In this document: piece after piece, positions 10,268 through 19,671 of the stretch
Layout: each line of letters opens with the position of its first letter
Numbering within the stretch: the stretch's first letter is position 1
Origin: a virus
Lineage: Duplodnaviria > Caudoviricetes
DNA length: 35,248 nt
Virus record (IMG/VR): IMGVR_UViG_3300025671_000227
Span: 1-35,248 of that record
Reading direction: 5' to 3' (one strand)
Program-made: the position numbers and the translations under genes
Notes under the pieces: generated by a model
What the model was told of the DNA's origin: nothing
Databases searched by the model: none
Seen by the model: only the letters and a program-made list of their open reading frames with translations

Positions 10268-10842
10268 TATTTATATTTCCAAGTATACCCAGATGATGTT
10301 TTTATATTGCCTTCACAACATTGACATATATTTGATGCATTCCCATTAATAGTACCCCTAGCTGCGGCTGAAATAGATTTAAATTCAACGCCGTCTCCCC
10401 TAACAACGGGCTTATAGCAAGACACCCTTAATTTATTTTCGTCTGCGTGGCGTATGTTTTCTGAATTAGTAACCCACTCTAGGTTCTCAACCCTATTGTC
10501 AGACTTTATTCCGTTTATGTGGTTTACTTGCGGTTTGTTATCTGGATTGGGTATGAAAGCCTCAGCTACGATTCTATGCGCTCTCCTAGTGACACTCTTT
10601 TTTTTAAAATTTAATTTCACTTTAGGATAACCTCTTTTATCAAAAGATTGCGATAATATTCTATCGTCAACTGGAAACTTACCCATTTTATTCCTAACTA
10701 TAGTCCTTTTTAGACTTTTTACTCTTCCTAAATTTGATACCATATAATATTCAGGAGATATAGTCGTAGGCATCCACACCTCTCCCTGCAAATCATCTAT
10801 ATCTGTAATCCCGCCAGTGAAAACTCTTGTTTCTTCTTTCAA
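10267..10842 (-). CDS. Free-standing homing endonuclease, NUMOD4-HNH-NUMOD1 architecture
   Basis: [16 protein letters not shown] (NUMOD4), [37 protein letters not shown] (HNH), [16 protein letters not shown]...GYTWKY (NUMOD1). TTG start overlaps the upstream TGA. Confidence 0.95.
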   Translation of the reverse strand: MKEETRVFTGGITDIDDLQGEVWMPTTISPEYYMVSNLGRVKSLKRTIVRNKMGKFPVDDRILSQSFDKRGYPKVKLNFKKKSVTRRAHRIVAEAFIPNPDNKPQVNHINGIKSDNRVENLEWVTNSENIRHADENKLRVSCYKPVVRGDGVEFKSISAAARGTINGNASNICQCCEGNIKTSSGYTWKYK

Positions 10843-11480
10843 CCTTTGAATCGTTTTCTGTTGCGTCTAATCGAGGCTTGTAGTTCTTCTCTTCTTCGAG
10901 TCTTTAATCTTTTTCTTGCGTGAGACTTAGCGTTGGCGTAAGCAATGTGGCGCATTTGTTTTTCACCTCTACTCACGCTGTCTTTGAACCTTACCAAGTC
11001 GTAGTCCATCCACAACAAAAGAGGCTCTTCTAAAAATTCGTGGACAAGGTATTTTCCGTCTACCTTTTGCGGGTTGGCAACGTACTTCATCCAAATCTTT
11101 GTAAAGGTGTACTCCGTTCCAAACTCTAATCTTCCTGCCGCTCTGTTCTCTACAAAAGTACCTTTGAACTCACAGTTGTTGTTGGTAAATCTGTCGTCTC
11201 CACAATCGTCCTTTTTTGGGCGAGATGTACTAAGAATCAAATCAACGTGTCCACCGTTTGTAATACCTCGTACTAATACGTGGCGAATGTAATCGTTTGG
11301 AATTGGAATGGTGTTGTCGCTGTCAAGTGTGTAAGTGTCTTCAACATTTATTCCGTCAACGTCGTAGCTTAACTCACGTAACCCTTTTATAGCCGAACGA
11401 ATAAGTCTGTCAAATCCGTGTGCTGAATCGTAACCTTTTCCTACTGCGTAATCTTTTACTATGTCAATTAAAGGTCTCAA
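10839..11480 (-). CDS. Tail ring / adaptor-type structural protein (213 aa)
   Basis: [31 protein letters not shown]; position among tail ring genes. Confidence 0.65.
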   Translation of the reverse strand: MRPLIDIVKDYAVGKGYDSAHGFDRLIRSAIKGLRELSYDVDGINVEDTYTLDSDNTIPIPNDYIRHVLVRGITNGGHVDLILSTSRPKKDDCGDDRFTNNNCEFKGTFVENRAAGRLEFGTEYTFTKIWMKYVANPQKVDGKYLVHEFLEEPLLLWMDYDLVRFKDSVSRGEKQMRHIAYANAKSHARKRLKTRRREELQASIRRNRKRFKG

Positions 11481-12094
11481 GCTTGGTCTATTTCGTCGTT
11501 AATTATGTCTTCTCCTAACCCCTTTTCAATGGTGATTAATTCAACAGTTCCTCTAATAATATCGTTCACCGAAGACGGAGCAACAGGGAAGTTATCAAAA
11601 GAGTCAAGGTCGTCACTTGTGGCTACAATGTTTAGTTGAAGCGTTTGCCCTTCTTCTTGGGCTGGTTGAAAATAAATGTTTTCTCCTTCGTAGATGTACC
11701 CACTCAACCCTTCCATCTGTGAAGAGAAGTCGTTGTTGTAGAAAAAGTTAAAGGAATTACTTAGCGGAATAAAAAGCTCTCCCATATCTTTGGCTGAAAA
11801 CACTTGGTATATTCCGTAGTTCTTTGCGATGTCAAGAGGGCGGACAGGAAGGGTGGCGTAAGTAAGCCCTCGTTCACTATCACTCTTTACTTCTATTGTG
11901 TAGTTTGAAATAAAGTCGCCAAAAATTCCTAGCTCGTTTGCCCACACAGCTTGGTTAAGGTAAATGGTTGAAACTTGGTCACGCACAATCGACAGCGCAC
12001 TTTCCACTTCCCGAATGTTTATTTTGGTTTCGGGCTTAAGACGTGGCTGTAACAACCTTAAGACTTGTTCTGCGTATGACCTTTTAGTTCGCAC
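11477..12094 (-). CDS. Tail ring / adaptor-type structural protein (205 aa)
   Basis: GTG start overlapping the upstream gene; helical ends with beta core (YIYEGENIYF, FPVAPS..DII) like other ring proteins; position. Confidence 0.6.
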   Translation of the reverse strand: MRTKRSYAEQVLRLLQPRLKPETKINIREVESALSIVRDQVSTIYLNQAVWANELGIFGDFISNYTIEVKSDSERGLTYATLPVRPLDIAKNYGIYQVFSAKDMGELFIPLSNSFNFFYNNDFSSQMEGLSGYIYEGENIYFQPAQEEGQTLQLNIVATSDDLDSFDNFPVAPSSVNDIIRGTVELITIEKGLGEDIINDEIDQA

Positions 12095-13031
12095 CTGCTC
12101 CCGCTATTTGTGTTATGTCAAATTCCCTTACGCTTATTCCCATAAGGGCTAAAATTCTTGCTACTATCTTTGGTAAATCGTACTCACTAACCTCAAAATC
12201 TGTGGAGTGGTCAGCGGCATTTATTGTTAAACTGTGTGACGTACCAACCGCTCCCGCCGACAAAGAAAGAGCCGTACCTGCTTCTGCGTTGGCTAAACTA
12301 GACGCTAGTTTTATAGTGCTTGGGTCAACTACAATAACAAAGTAATCCGTTGCGTCTGTTAGACCACCTATTGCTGTTCCTCCTTCGTCTGAGTAAAGAA
12401 CGGCTTGTGTGTTGTGGAGTCCGTGATTGTTTATAGAAATAATGTTTAATGTGGTGTTTACGTTGCCCGTGTTTAAGAAAACTTTTTTAGACGGGTTGGT
12501 GTTTGTTCCCGTTCCTCCTGCCCCTGCGAAAACCTTTCTGTTAGACGATACCGTATAGTTCCAAAAAGGACGGGTTGGTTCGCGCAAATAAGACAACTCT
12601 ACTTGAGTAATAGTGGTTGGGTAAAGTTGAATGTAGCTATCTCTTAAAACGCAAATAGGGTTTTGTTCGTTTGGGGCGATGAACTCACTAGATAATCTCA
12701 TTGAAGCTTCTGCGGGCTGTACCGTTTCCACGTTGATTGTACGACCTTTTACTTTGTAAGGTAGTTGAAAGAACTGAGCGTGCCAATAGTCGCTTGGGTA
12801 TTTAGCCTCTCCGTTTGACACTTGAATTACTCTTGGTTTTGCGTCTAATGTTTGTAAGCTGTCGTCGTTTTCTTGGCTTGACTCGTTTTCTTTGTACTTG
12901 TCGTTAAAGTAGCCACGTTGAGCCATATCAGCGTACCTGTTAAAAACAGTCTCGTCAAAGTATCCGCCACTTTGTGACTTTCTAATCAAGTCTTGGCAGA
13001 TTTGGTAAACTTTATTTACAGATACAGCCAT
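12084..13031 (-). CDS. Tail tubular / ring protein (P22 gp4-like) carrying an inserted beta-domain
   Basis: MAVSVNKVYQ...KSQSGGYF..FNRYADMAQ..F, YLREPTRPFWNY and STDFEV...IVARILALMGISVRE are typical of this family. An ~85-aa insert (HGL..TIKLASS) sits before the C-terminal helix. Confidence 0.8.
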   Translation of the reverse strand: MAVSVNKVYQICQDLIRKSQSGGYFDETVFNRYADMAQRGYFNDKYKENESSQENDDSLQTLDAKPRVIQVSNGEAKYPSDYWHAQFFQLPYKVKGRTINVETVQPAEASMRLSSEFIAPNEQNPICVLRDSYIQLYPTTITQVELSYLREPTRPFWNYTVSSNRKVFAGAGGTGTNTNPSKKVFLNTGNVNTTLNIISINNHGLHNTQAVLYSDEGGTAIGGLTDATDYFVIVVDPSTIKLASSLANAEAGTALSLSAGAVGTSHSLTINAADHSTDFEVSEYDLPKIVARILALMGISVREFDITQIAGAGAN

Positions 13032-13034
13032 ATA

Positions 13035-13856
13035 TTAGTTGTCGCTTCTTGATACCTCTAAAAACTTAGTTTCATTATAGATGTACAATTGTAGTATATC
13101 TCCCGAACCAAGCGTGTCGTTTCCATTAAGGTAAAAAGGCGGGGAATCAAGAAATACCGCTGCTGAATCGTCAACAACACCACTTGTTCCAACAATAGTT
13201 AAAAACGTTCCAACTCGCGTGTTTACAAGAGCGCCAACCTCTGCTCTGAAAGGGCCACCGTAAGCAATAGTGTCAACGTTGTGAGCGCCAGAAAGAACTA
13301 GAAGTTTAGGCCCTCCCATTGTGTTGTCCAAAAAAGCCTCTCCTTTACTTTGAGTGAACTGCCCTTTTAGGTTTAACTCAGTAGCGTTTAAGTTAGAGCC
13401 GAGATACAAAGAGTCGGTTTCTGTTTTTGGTTGGATAGTTCCGTTAGCGGTTCTTTTAAAAAAACTTGTGTCGGTAGCAATACCAGTACCCCTAGTGACT
13501 CGGTTATCGTTGCCTATCTTTAAGAACGAACCACTCCCAGAAAGACCGTTAAGGTCTAATCCAGCAGCCTCAATAGTGTCTCCCGCATTTTTAGGCGTTA
13601 TTTTGTTTGAAACTCTGTTAAAGAAACTTGTGTCTGTTGCGTCAATTTCAGAGCGAATTACCGTCCAAGGACTTGTGGTAGTGTCTTGGATTTTTAAGAA
13701 ATGCCCTGAACCGTAAATTCCCGCAGAGTCAACTTTAAGCGTGTCTCCAATCTTAATCCCGTTTACAAAGTACAACTTTTGATTTACGTTCTTGTATTGG
13801 GAAAATCCCACAAAAGATACAAGAGTTAAAAGTGCTGTTAAAAGTAATTGTTTCAT
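13035..13856 (-). CDS. Fibre-like protein with a Sec signal peptide and internal repeat (273 aa)
   Basis: MKQLLLTALLTLVSFVGFS|QY is a Bacteroidota-style signal peptide; repeat ATDTSFFNRVSNKITPK / ATDTSFFKRTANGTIQPK. Confidence 0.65.
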   Translation of the reverse strand: MKQLLLTALLTLVSFVGFSQYKNVNQKLYFVNGIKIGDTLKVDSAGIYGSGHFLKIQDTTTSPWTVIRSEIDATDTSFFNRVSNKITPKNAGDTIEAAGLDLNGLSGSGSFLKIGNDNRVTRGTGIATDTSFFKRTANGTIQPKTETDSLYLGSNLNATELNLKGQFTQSKGEAFLDNTMGGPKLLVLSGAHNVDTIAYGGPFRAEVGALVNTRVGTFLTIVGTSGVVDDSAAVFLDSPPFYLNGNDTLGSGDILQLYIYNETKFLEVSRSDN

Positions 13857-13861
13857 CGTTA

Positions 13862-15088
13862 TTAAGGTCTAATTATGATTGCTTGAATTACAGCACCACT
13901 TGTTACTGTAAAACTAAATGTGTATTCACCCGTTGATACGTCGAAAGTTCCGCCCGTATCACTTATTCCGTCAACCGTTACAATGAAGTCTTTGTTGTAA
14001 GTTAATCCAATAAGAGCAGCGTTTGAACTTGTTGAACTTCCTGTAGCTGCGTCCGACTCCAAGAAAGTGTAAGCGGTTGTGTTTGAACTTGTGGTTTTAG
14101 AGTAAACCCTTTCTAAGTTATTGATAACGCCAACTCCCGTTACAAGCGTAGGAGTATTAGTAGAAGAACACTCGCATCCGTCACCTAGTATTTCTGTTAG
14201 TCTGTTCACGTAAGTTTGTATGTCTGTGCTTTTGCCACAATCAATAGAAAGTTGAAGCATCGTAAGAGCGTGTAACCCCTCTTCGTACTTAGCAAGGTAA
14301 GAGTTAGCTTTTCCTACGTTGGTTGTTTTGTTGTTGTAGTACCCGTTGTAAACTTCTTTTAGCGGGCAGTAGAAATCACAAATCGAAGTTGTGTCGCTAA
14401 CCACGTAATCTAAAGCAGCTGTAGTTATGATGTCGGTAAGCGTGTAGTTTACCGCAGTTCCACTTGCGTCACTCCAATACCCGTCGGTAAAGGTGTAGCT
14501 CAACGTAGACTTTAAGTAAATAGTGTTTGTGCCTGTGTAAAAGGAGTTTGTGTTTATTGTGCTAGTTGTACTTTGAATGTAACCGCCAATAGTTGTAGGG
14601 TTGTACCTTCTAAAATCCCTAGTTGTTGTTGGGGTAATAGAGTTTACGTCGTAATCAGTTTCGTCAACTGCTAAGAAGAACTTAGGGTTAAAGATACTGT
14701 GGCTTACATCAATGTCGTGTACAGGGCGAGAGTAAGTAAGGGTGTAAACATAGTCTCTGTAGTAGGCGTTAGATAACCCTGTGTCGCTTACGTCAAAATA
14801 AGTAATGCGAATAATGTACTGACCTTGCAAAACGTTTCCATCTGCGTCTTGTGGAAGAGAAGTTGTGAAACTTGCGTCTACTCCTGTTGCGTCAGGACTT
14901 GAACCGTTTGTGTTGTTGTAACTTACCGTTCCTGTTGGGTCTGTAATCTTTACAAGAATTGCGTTGCTTGCTTCTGCCCAACTTAAATCTCCTGAGCCGT
15001 AAGTAGGGGAGGTGTCTTGAAAAGTAATAGTTTCAGAATTGAAAGCTATTGCGGTGGTGTAAGTAATTGCCGTACTCTGTGTAGCCAT
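13862..15088 (-). CDS. Virion structural protein, probable tail hub / fibre-attachment protein (408 aa)
   Basis: Thr/Ser-rich Ig-like N-terminal half plus a Cys cluster (CDFYC, DCG, GCECS); first gene of the tail operon. Confidence 0.55.
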   Translation of the reverse strand: MATQSTAITYTTAIAFNSETITFQDTSPTYGSGDLSWAEASNAILVKITDPTGTVSYNNTNGSSPDATGVDASFTTSLPQDADGNVLQGQYIIRITYFDVSDTGLSNAYYRDYVYTLTYSRPVHDIDVSHSIFNPKFFLAVDETDYDVNSITPTTTRDFRRYNPTTIGGYIQSTTSTINTNSFYTGTNTIYLKSTLSYTFTDGYWSDASGTAVNYTLTDIITTAALDYVVSDTTSICDFYCPLKEVYNGYYNNKTTNVGKANSYLAKYEEGLHALTMLQLSIDCGKSTDIQTYVNRLTEILGDGCECSSTNTPTLVTGVGVINNLERVYSKTTSSNTTAYTFLESDAATGSSTSSNAALIGLTYNKDFIVTVDGISDTGGTFDVSTGEYTFSFTVTSGAVIQAIIIRP

Positions 15089-15106
15089 TTTTGTTTGTTT
15101 GTACTA

Positions 15107-15114
15107 CAAAGATA
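15107..15114 (-). promoter_or_regulatory. -7 element TATCTTTG for the tail operon
   Basis: TAnnTTTG in the 46-nt gap between TerL and the ATG at 15088. Confidence 0.7.
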
Positions 15115-15134
15115 CAAAGGAAACTAAGGTGGCT

Positions 15135-17099
15135 TTATTTTGTAAATCTTCGCCTTGGAAGTGACTTACTTCTCACCCTTGGAGCAACCTTTGGTACTTC
15201 CCAAGCTACAATAGCCATCATAGAGGCAACCGTATCATCGTACTTTGTCCAACTGTTAGCCTCAAACCTTAGCCAATTCTCCAACAAATCGTCAAAAGGA
15301 CAGAACCCGTATCCGTCGGCTTGCTTTCCTATTTTCTCCCAAGTGTGAATAACTAACTTATCCATGCACTCGTTACGTCTAGCTTCGCTTGTGGTTGGCG
15401 TACCTTCCGTCTGCAATCTTTTTATTGGGTCTTTTTCTAGCGGGTTGTGAATAATGTACTTCTCGTAACCCCTTTCTCTGAAGTAGTTTATCAGTCCTTG
15501 CTTTTGGTTCTCTACGTTTATTTCAGCAGAAAAGAACACGCAAGCTTTTATCATATCTTCGTAAAACTCGTTAGGGTTGTCGGGTCTGGTGCAATACCGA
15601 ATCACCCAATCACTACCGTACCTTAGTCCGTACATCGACACCTTTGAACCCTCTCCAAAAGATACCGCTTTGTGGTCGACGGGGTCAACGCCTAACTTAA
15701 TCGCCCGACCAATAGGCACTTTAAAGTTTCCGTTCCAAGCGTAGTTGTTTCGCTCTTCTTCCGACGGCATACTAGCTATTTGAAAAAAACCGTTGGTATC
15801 TCCGTCTACTAACTGCTCTCCCACAGGAACAGCTTTTACCGATACATCAACCTCGTCCCAAACTAGATTGTACATAGGCGGTGGAGCGCCGTTGTGTTCT
15901 AGTTGCTCTTGTACTTTTTCAACAGCTACAATAGAAGCGTCAGAGTTTTCCAAAAATATCTCGTCTTCGCTTAACGGATACTTTCTAATGTAACTCAAAA
16001 GAGCAGAGCCACTTCTAGCTGCCCTTTCCGCCATGTGGTGTTTCCTAGCCGCTTCTTCGTCTGAATATCCCCACTCGTCAATAATAAACCCTCTGTCTGC
16101 GGGGTTAAAGTAACGCCCAAGACCACTTACGGTTCTTCCTGTGTCTTCACTTCTTCCCTCGTAGTTGCTTTCCTCCCAAAGTTTCTTTGTTTGTTGAGAG
16201 GAACTTTTCTCCATTTCGTCAACGGTAGTGGTTAGAATTAACTTTCCAACAACCTTGTCTCGCATAGAGCAAGTTTCCCTTGCTACGTAGTATCTGTTTC
16301 GGGGGTTTACGTCTTTTTCTGTTTTTGCTATCTCATCTTGGTACATGGTGTAGTTACGAGTACCGTCCACTGCTTCGTCTCGGTTTGGATAAGTAACTAT
16401 ATAACTGTCAAGTACTTGTGACTTTTTCTTTTCTGCCGTTTTCTTTCTCGGAACGGTGAACTCTATTTTGTCTGTTGGGTTTTGGTTTCCTGTGTCTGTT
16501 GGTCGCCAAAAAGGGTGCATATTACGCCAAGCCTTTACAATCTTGTCACGAAAGACCGTTTCTTTTGCGTCTTTGAAAGTTTTACTTTGAACCCCGAAGT
16601 TTCGGTTGTGACCCCAAGTTGTTCTCCAATACCCCGTACTTACAGCAAAGGTGGTCTTAAAGAATCGACGACCACTAAAGAGTAGCATTCCGTAACACCT
16701 TGGGTCGTTTTCTAACAAATCCCAAACGTAGTAACAATCCCTTTGTGCGTCTACAAAGTCTGCGTTACCCGTTGAGCCGTCCTCTCTTACTATTGGAAAG
16801 TGTTGAAGCAACATATAGTGTTGCCCTGTTACGTACTCTAATTGGATGTTTTGGTCTGAACCGTTAAAGAACCAAAAGCCGTTTTGTCGCCGTTCAACCT
16901 CTTGGTCTTTTTGCTTTGGCGTTGGCTCATCTGGAAGCGGAGCGTAGGGGAATTTGCGCTTTTTTTCGTCCTTTTCACCGTAGTTGGCAATAGAAGAAAT
17001 TGGTGGGGGTTTGGGTAGTTCAACCTCGTACCCCCTTATGTACCTATTTCTTTCAAAAGATTCGTAAGCTGCTTTATAAGCTTGCTTAACCGTTCTCAC
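15135..17099 (-). CDS. terL: Terminase large subunit
   Basis: RRQNGFWFFN..YVTGQHYMLLQ N-terminus, deviant Walker A SGRRFFKT, Walker B YQDEIAK, RuvC-like LGVDPVD / ENQK / YDDTVA. Confidence 0.92.
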   Translation of the reverse strand: MRTVKQAYKAAYESFERNRYIRGYEVELPKPPPISSIANYGEKDEKKRKFPYAPLPDEPTPKQKDQEVERRQNGFWFFNGSDQNIQLEYVTGQHYMLLQHFPIVREDGSTGNADFVDAQRDCYYVWDLLENDPRCYGMLLFSGRRFFKTTFAVSTGYWRTTWGHNRNFGVQSKTFKDAKETVFRDKIVKAWRNMHPFWRPTDTGNQNPTDKIEFTVPRKKTAEKKKSQVLDSYIVTYPNRDEAVDGTRNYTMYQDEIAKTEKDVNPRNRYYVARETCSMRDKVVGKLILTTTVDEMEKSSSQQTKKLWEESNYEGRSEDTGRTVSGLGRYFNPADRGFIIDEWGYSDEEAARKHHMAERAARSGSALLSYIRKYPLSEDEIFLENSDASIVAVEKVQEQLEHNGAPPPMYNLVWDEVDVSVKAVPVGEQLVDGDTNGFFQIASMPSEEERNNYAWNGNFKVPIGRAIKLGVDPVDHKAVSFGEGSKVSMYGLRYGSDWVIRYCTRPDNPNEFYEDMIKACVFFSAEINVENQKQGLINYFRERGYEKYIIHNPLEKDPIKRLQTEGTPTTSEARRNECMDKLVIHTWEKIGKQADGYGFCPFDDLLENWLRFEANSWTKYDDTVASMMAIVAWEVPKVAPRVRSKSLPRRRFTK

Positions 17100-18162
17100 T
17101 TTCTAGTTCTACTAGCTTAGTTACTTTAGTTCGCAACTTCTCGTCCGTATCTAAACGGTTGATGATTGCCGTTCTTGAACTTCCAAGGTTCTCCCCTTCA
17201 AAAAGGTAAAGGTCTCCTTGCTTTTCAATAACGCCACAACTAATTGCTGAGTCTAGCACGTTTTTGTCCGATTGGCGCTCAACAACTTTCTTTTCCTTTT
17301 TACCCGTCACAAACCCCTTAATGGTGTCTAAAGAGTAAGCGTCGTTGGCGTTGTTTGTTGCAGCACCTTTAGCTAAAGCGTCAATAGCTCTTTGAGATAC
17401 AGGAGCAGACTTCACTACGTTACCTGTTGAGTCAACAAGTACACGCCCCCCGTCCTTTTCTGACAAGTACCCTCTTTCGATAGCTTTTCTAATGTAGAAA
17501 GCGTTCCAAATCTCTGGGGTATTGTACTCCTTTTGGAAAGTTTCAGGGTCTTTCTCGGCTCTGTAAGCTAACATATCCTCTAGTTCTGCGTCACTAAGAG
17601 GTGCGCCATCTGGTGCTTTTGTGTTGATTCCTTTTGCAACACAGTAAGCCTTTTTAGCTTCGTAGTCACTTTCGTAAACAAGGGCTTTCGCTTTTGTTTG
17701 CTCCTTGTCGGAAGTCCTACGGGTTTTGGCTTGTTTCTCAAAGTTCAACTCGTAGTAAGAAGCAGTAACCTTTGGTTGCTCTTCTCTGAACTCGCTATCT
17801 TTAGCGTGGTTGTCTTTGTTGAACGGAGAGATTCTAAGGTAGTGCATAAGATTTTTTTCTGTTGGTCTTACGTACTTACCTTTCATTTGAGCAATCTGAA
17901 TCTTCTCTCCTGTTGGGTCAATGATTAAAGATACCTCTCTAATGTTTAGGTTTTTAAACCTTTCGCCCCACTCTTCCACGTAAATGCTTGGCTTCATTGG
18001 GTCGTAACCAATCATTACTGTCCTTTGTTTTTCGGGACAGAAAGCCATACATACTCTTGGAATTGAAGTTGCGGAAGAAGATACGTTGATTCCGCTTGTG
18101 TGCTTAATAGTTAAGTCTTTTTTTTCTACCGCTACAAATATAGCGCCTCTTTCTTTTTTCAT
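17086..18162 (-). CDS. Conserved post-capsid protein with a RecA-C-terminal-domain-like tail (358 aa)
   Basis: Position directly after MCP. C-terminus DSAISCGVIEKQGDLYLFEGENLGSSRTAIINRLDTDEKLRTKV resembles the RecA CTD pattern. Confidence 0.6.
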   Translation of the reverse strand: MKKERGAIFVAVEKKDLTIKHTSGINVSSSATSIPRVCMAFCPEKQRTVMIGYDPMKPSIYVEEWGERFKNLNIREVSLIIDPTGEKIQIAQMKGKYVRPTEKNLMHYLRISPFNKDNHAKDSEFREEQPKVTASYYELNFEKQAKTRRTSDKEQTKAKALVYESDYEAKKAYCVAKGINTKAPDGAPLSDAELEDMLAYRAEKDPETFQKEYNTPEIWNAFYIRKAIERGYLSEKDGGRVLVDSTGNVVKSAPVSQRAIDALAKGAATNNANDAYSLDTIKGFVTGKKEKKVVERQSDKNVLDSAISCGVIEKQGDLYLFEGENLGSSRTAIINRLDTDEKLRTKVTKLVELESENG

Positions 18163-18179
18163 TTTCTTTACTTTAATTT

Positions 18180-18211
18180 AAAAAAAAGGGGGAGAATTTC
18201 GGCTCTCCCCC
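18180..18211 (-). terminator. Intrinsic terminator after the major capsid gene
   Basis: GGGGGAGA-GCCGAAAT-TCTCCCCC followed by T8 on the minus strand, 16 nt after the MCP stop. Confidence 0.9.
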
Positions 18212-18227
18212 AAATAACCGTTTTTGT

Positions 18228-19649
18228 TTAGACGTAGAATTGTCCGAAACGCTGTCCAGCGAATCCTTCAAATCCACACTCTGAAAGCAAGTTGATAACA
18301 AACTCGTCGTTACCATCTGTCTCCATAGCGTTTCTTGCTACTTCAACGTACTCCCTTGAGCCTCCTTTACCATCTGACAAGCAGTTGATACGAAGGTTAG
18401 GAACGTTTTGACGGTCGTTTCCGAACTCGTCCATTGAAGCTACAACGTTTCCTAGTGGAATAACAAGACCCATGTTCTTGTAAGTAAGACCTGTTGCTCC
18501 CAAAAGCTCAGGAGAAGTCATTACTTCAAGTGGCTTGTAGTGGTAAGTGATTCCACCGTAGTTGATAGAATCAAAACCTAAATCAACGGCTCTCTTTTCT
18601 CCGCCCATTCCAGCGTATTGAACACCACCAGCTTTCAAGCCTTCGCTTGTTCTGATAAGGTTGTCAAATTCGAAAATCAAGTCGTGACCACCAACCATCA
18701 TGTTCTCTGTAGAACCTCTTTGCTTGAAGAGTTTCTTAGACATTGATTCGATGTCAGTCAAAGCAAGTGAACCTGCTGTGTACTGCTCACGTTGTCCGTT
18801 AGCTTCGATAAACGGAACTAGACCGCTTGTAGATTTAGTTGTTCCAAAACCAGAAATACCTGTAAGGGTAGTGTTGGTAGTGGCTTCACCTACTAGCAAA
18901 GAAGTCTCTCTGTCGTTAAACAGATTAGCTTTTTGTGTGCGAACTCCTTCGTAGAACCAATAAGACTCGTTCTCGTTTTCTCCAAGGTTATCAAACCAAG
19001 TCAAGTTGCCCATAGCACTTCCACTAACCTTAGCTTTTCTACGGAAAATCTGAGTGTTGTTAGTGTAAGAAGTAAGCGTTGGGTTTACAGCGCTTGGCTC
19101 AGAAGAAGACTCTCCGAACTGAGTACCGATGATAGCGATTTCAACCGCAGTGGTAACAGCAGGAATGTTTTCTCCTGTGATTTTTGGAGTAGCTTTAAAC
19201 TGATTAGAACCGTCTGTAGTAGAGGTAACAACACACTGAACGTGTCCTCCTGAACCGTTTGGAACAAGGATTACGTCGTTTTGTTGTGGCATTGTTACGA
19301 CAGTACTACCCGAAGTTCCATATTCAGGAGCAGCCGAGTTAGAGTTAGTCGCTTGCTTTGAAGAGTCAACAGTAAAGATAACTTCAGCACCCGCAGGGCC
19401 AGCTGAAGCCGTTGCAACGATTACGTCACGAATCCTGTTTTCTTCAGAGTGAGAGTAGTGTGGGTTTTGAACAATGTTCTTATTCCCAATCATAGATACA
19501 AGGCTAGAAAGGTATCCTAGTCCATAAGGACGAACCAAAGAATCTCCGACCTCTGGTTTGTCAAGTGTGATAGAACTGTAGCTAGAGTCAACAATTTGAG
19601 AGTTCAAATAGTTTCTGACAGTAGCCGTTCTTTGAAAAGTAGTTGCCAT
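18228..19649 (-). CDS. Major capsid protein (473 aa)
   Basis: Follows portal and scaffold. GTQFGESSSEP..YTNNTQIFRRKAKVSGS, GLVPFIE..G, DLGFDS..GG.TYH and LSECGFEGFA are typical motifs; strong terminator downstream. Confidence 0.9.
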   Translation of the reverse strand: MATTFQRTATVRNYLNSQIVDSSYSSITLDKPEVGDSLVRPYGLGYLSSLVSMIGNKNIVQNPHYSHSEENRIRDVIVATASAGPAGAEVIFTVDSSKQATNSNSAAPEYGTSGSTVVTMPQQNDVILVPNGSGGHVQCVVTSTTDGSNQFKATPKITGENIPAVTTAVEIAIIGTQFGESSSEPSAVNPTLTSYTNNTQIFRRKAKVSGSAMGNLTWFDNLGENENESYWFYEGVRTQKANLFNDRETSLLVGEATTNTTLTGISGFGTTKSTSGLVPFIEANGQREQYTAGSLALTDIESMSKKLFKQRGSTENMMVGGHDLIFEFDNLIRTSEGLKAGGVQYAGMGGEKRAVDLGFDSINYGGITYHYKPLEVMTSPELLGATGLTYKNMGLVIPLGNVVASMDEFGNDRQNVPNLRINCLSDGKGGSREYVEVARNAMETDGNDEFVINLLSECGFEGFAGQRFGQFYV

Positions 19650-19671
19650 TTTTTATGTGCAGTTTTAAAAG

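Noticed and set aside
19650-19671. AACTGCACATAA before the MCP start resembling an R'' box
   Set aside because: No AAC completion and no partner hairpin or GTT box; reads as an A-rich translation leader.
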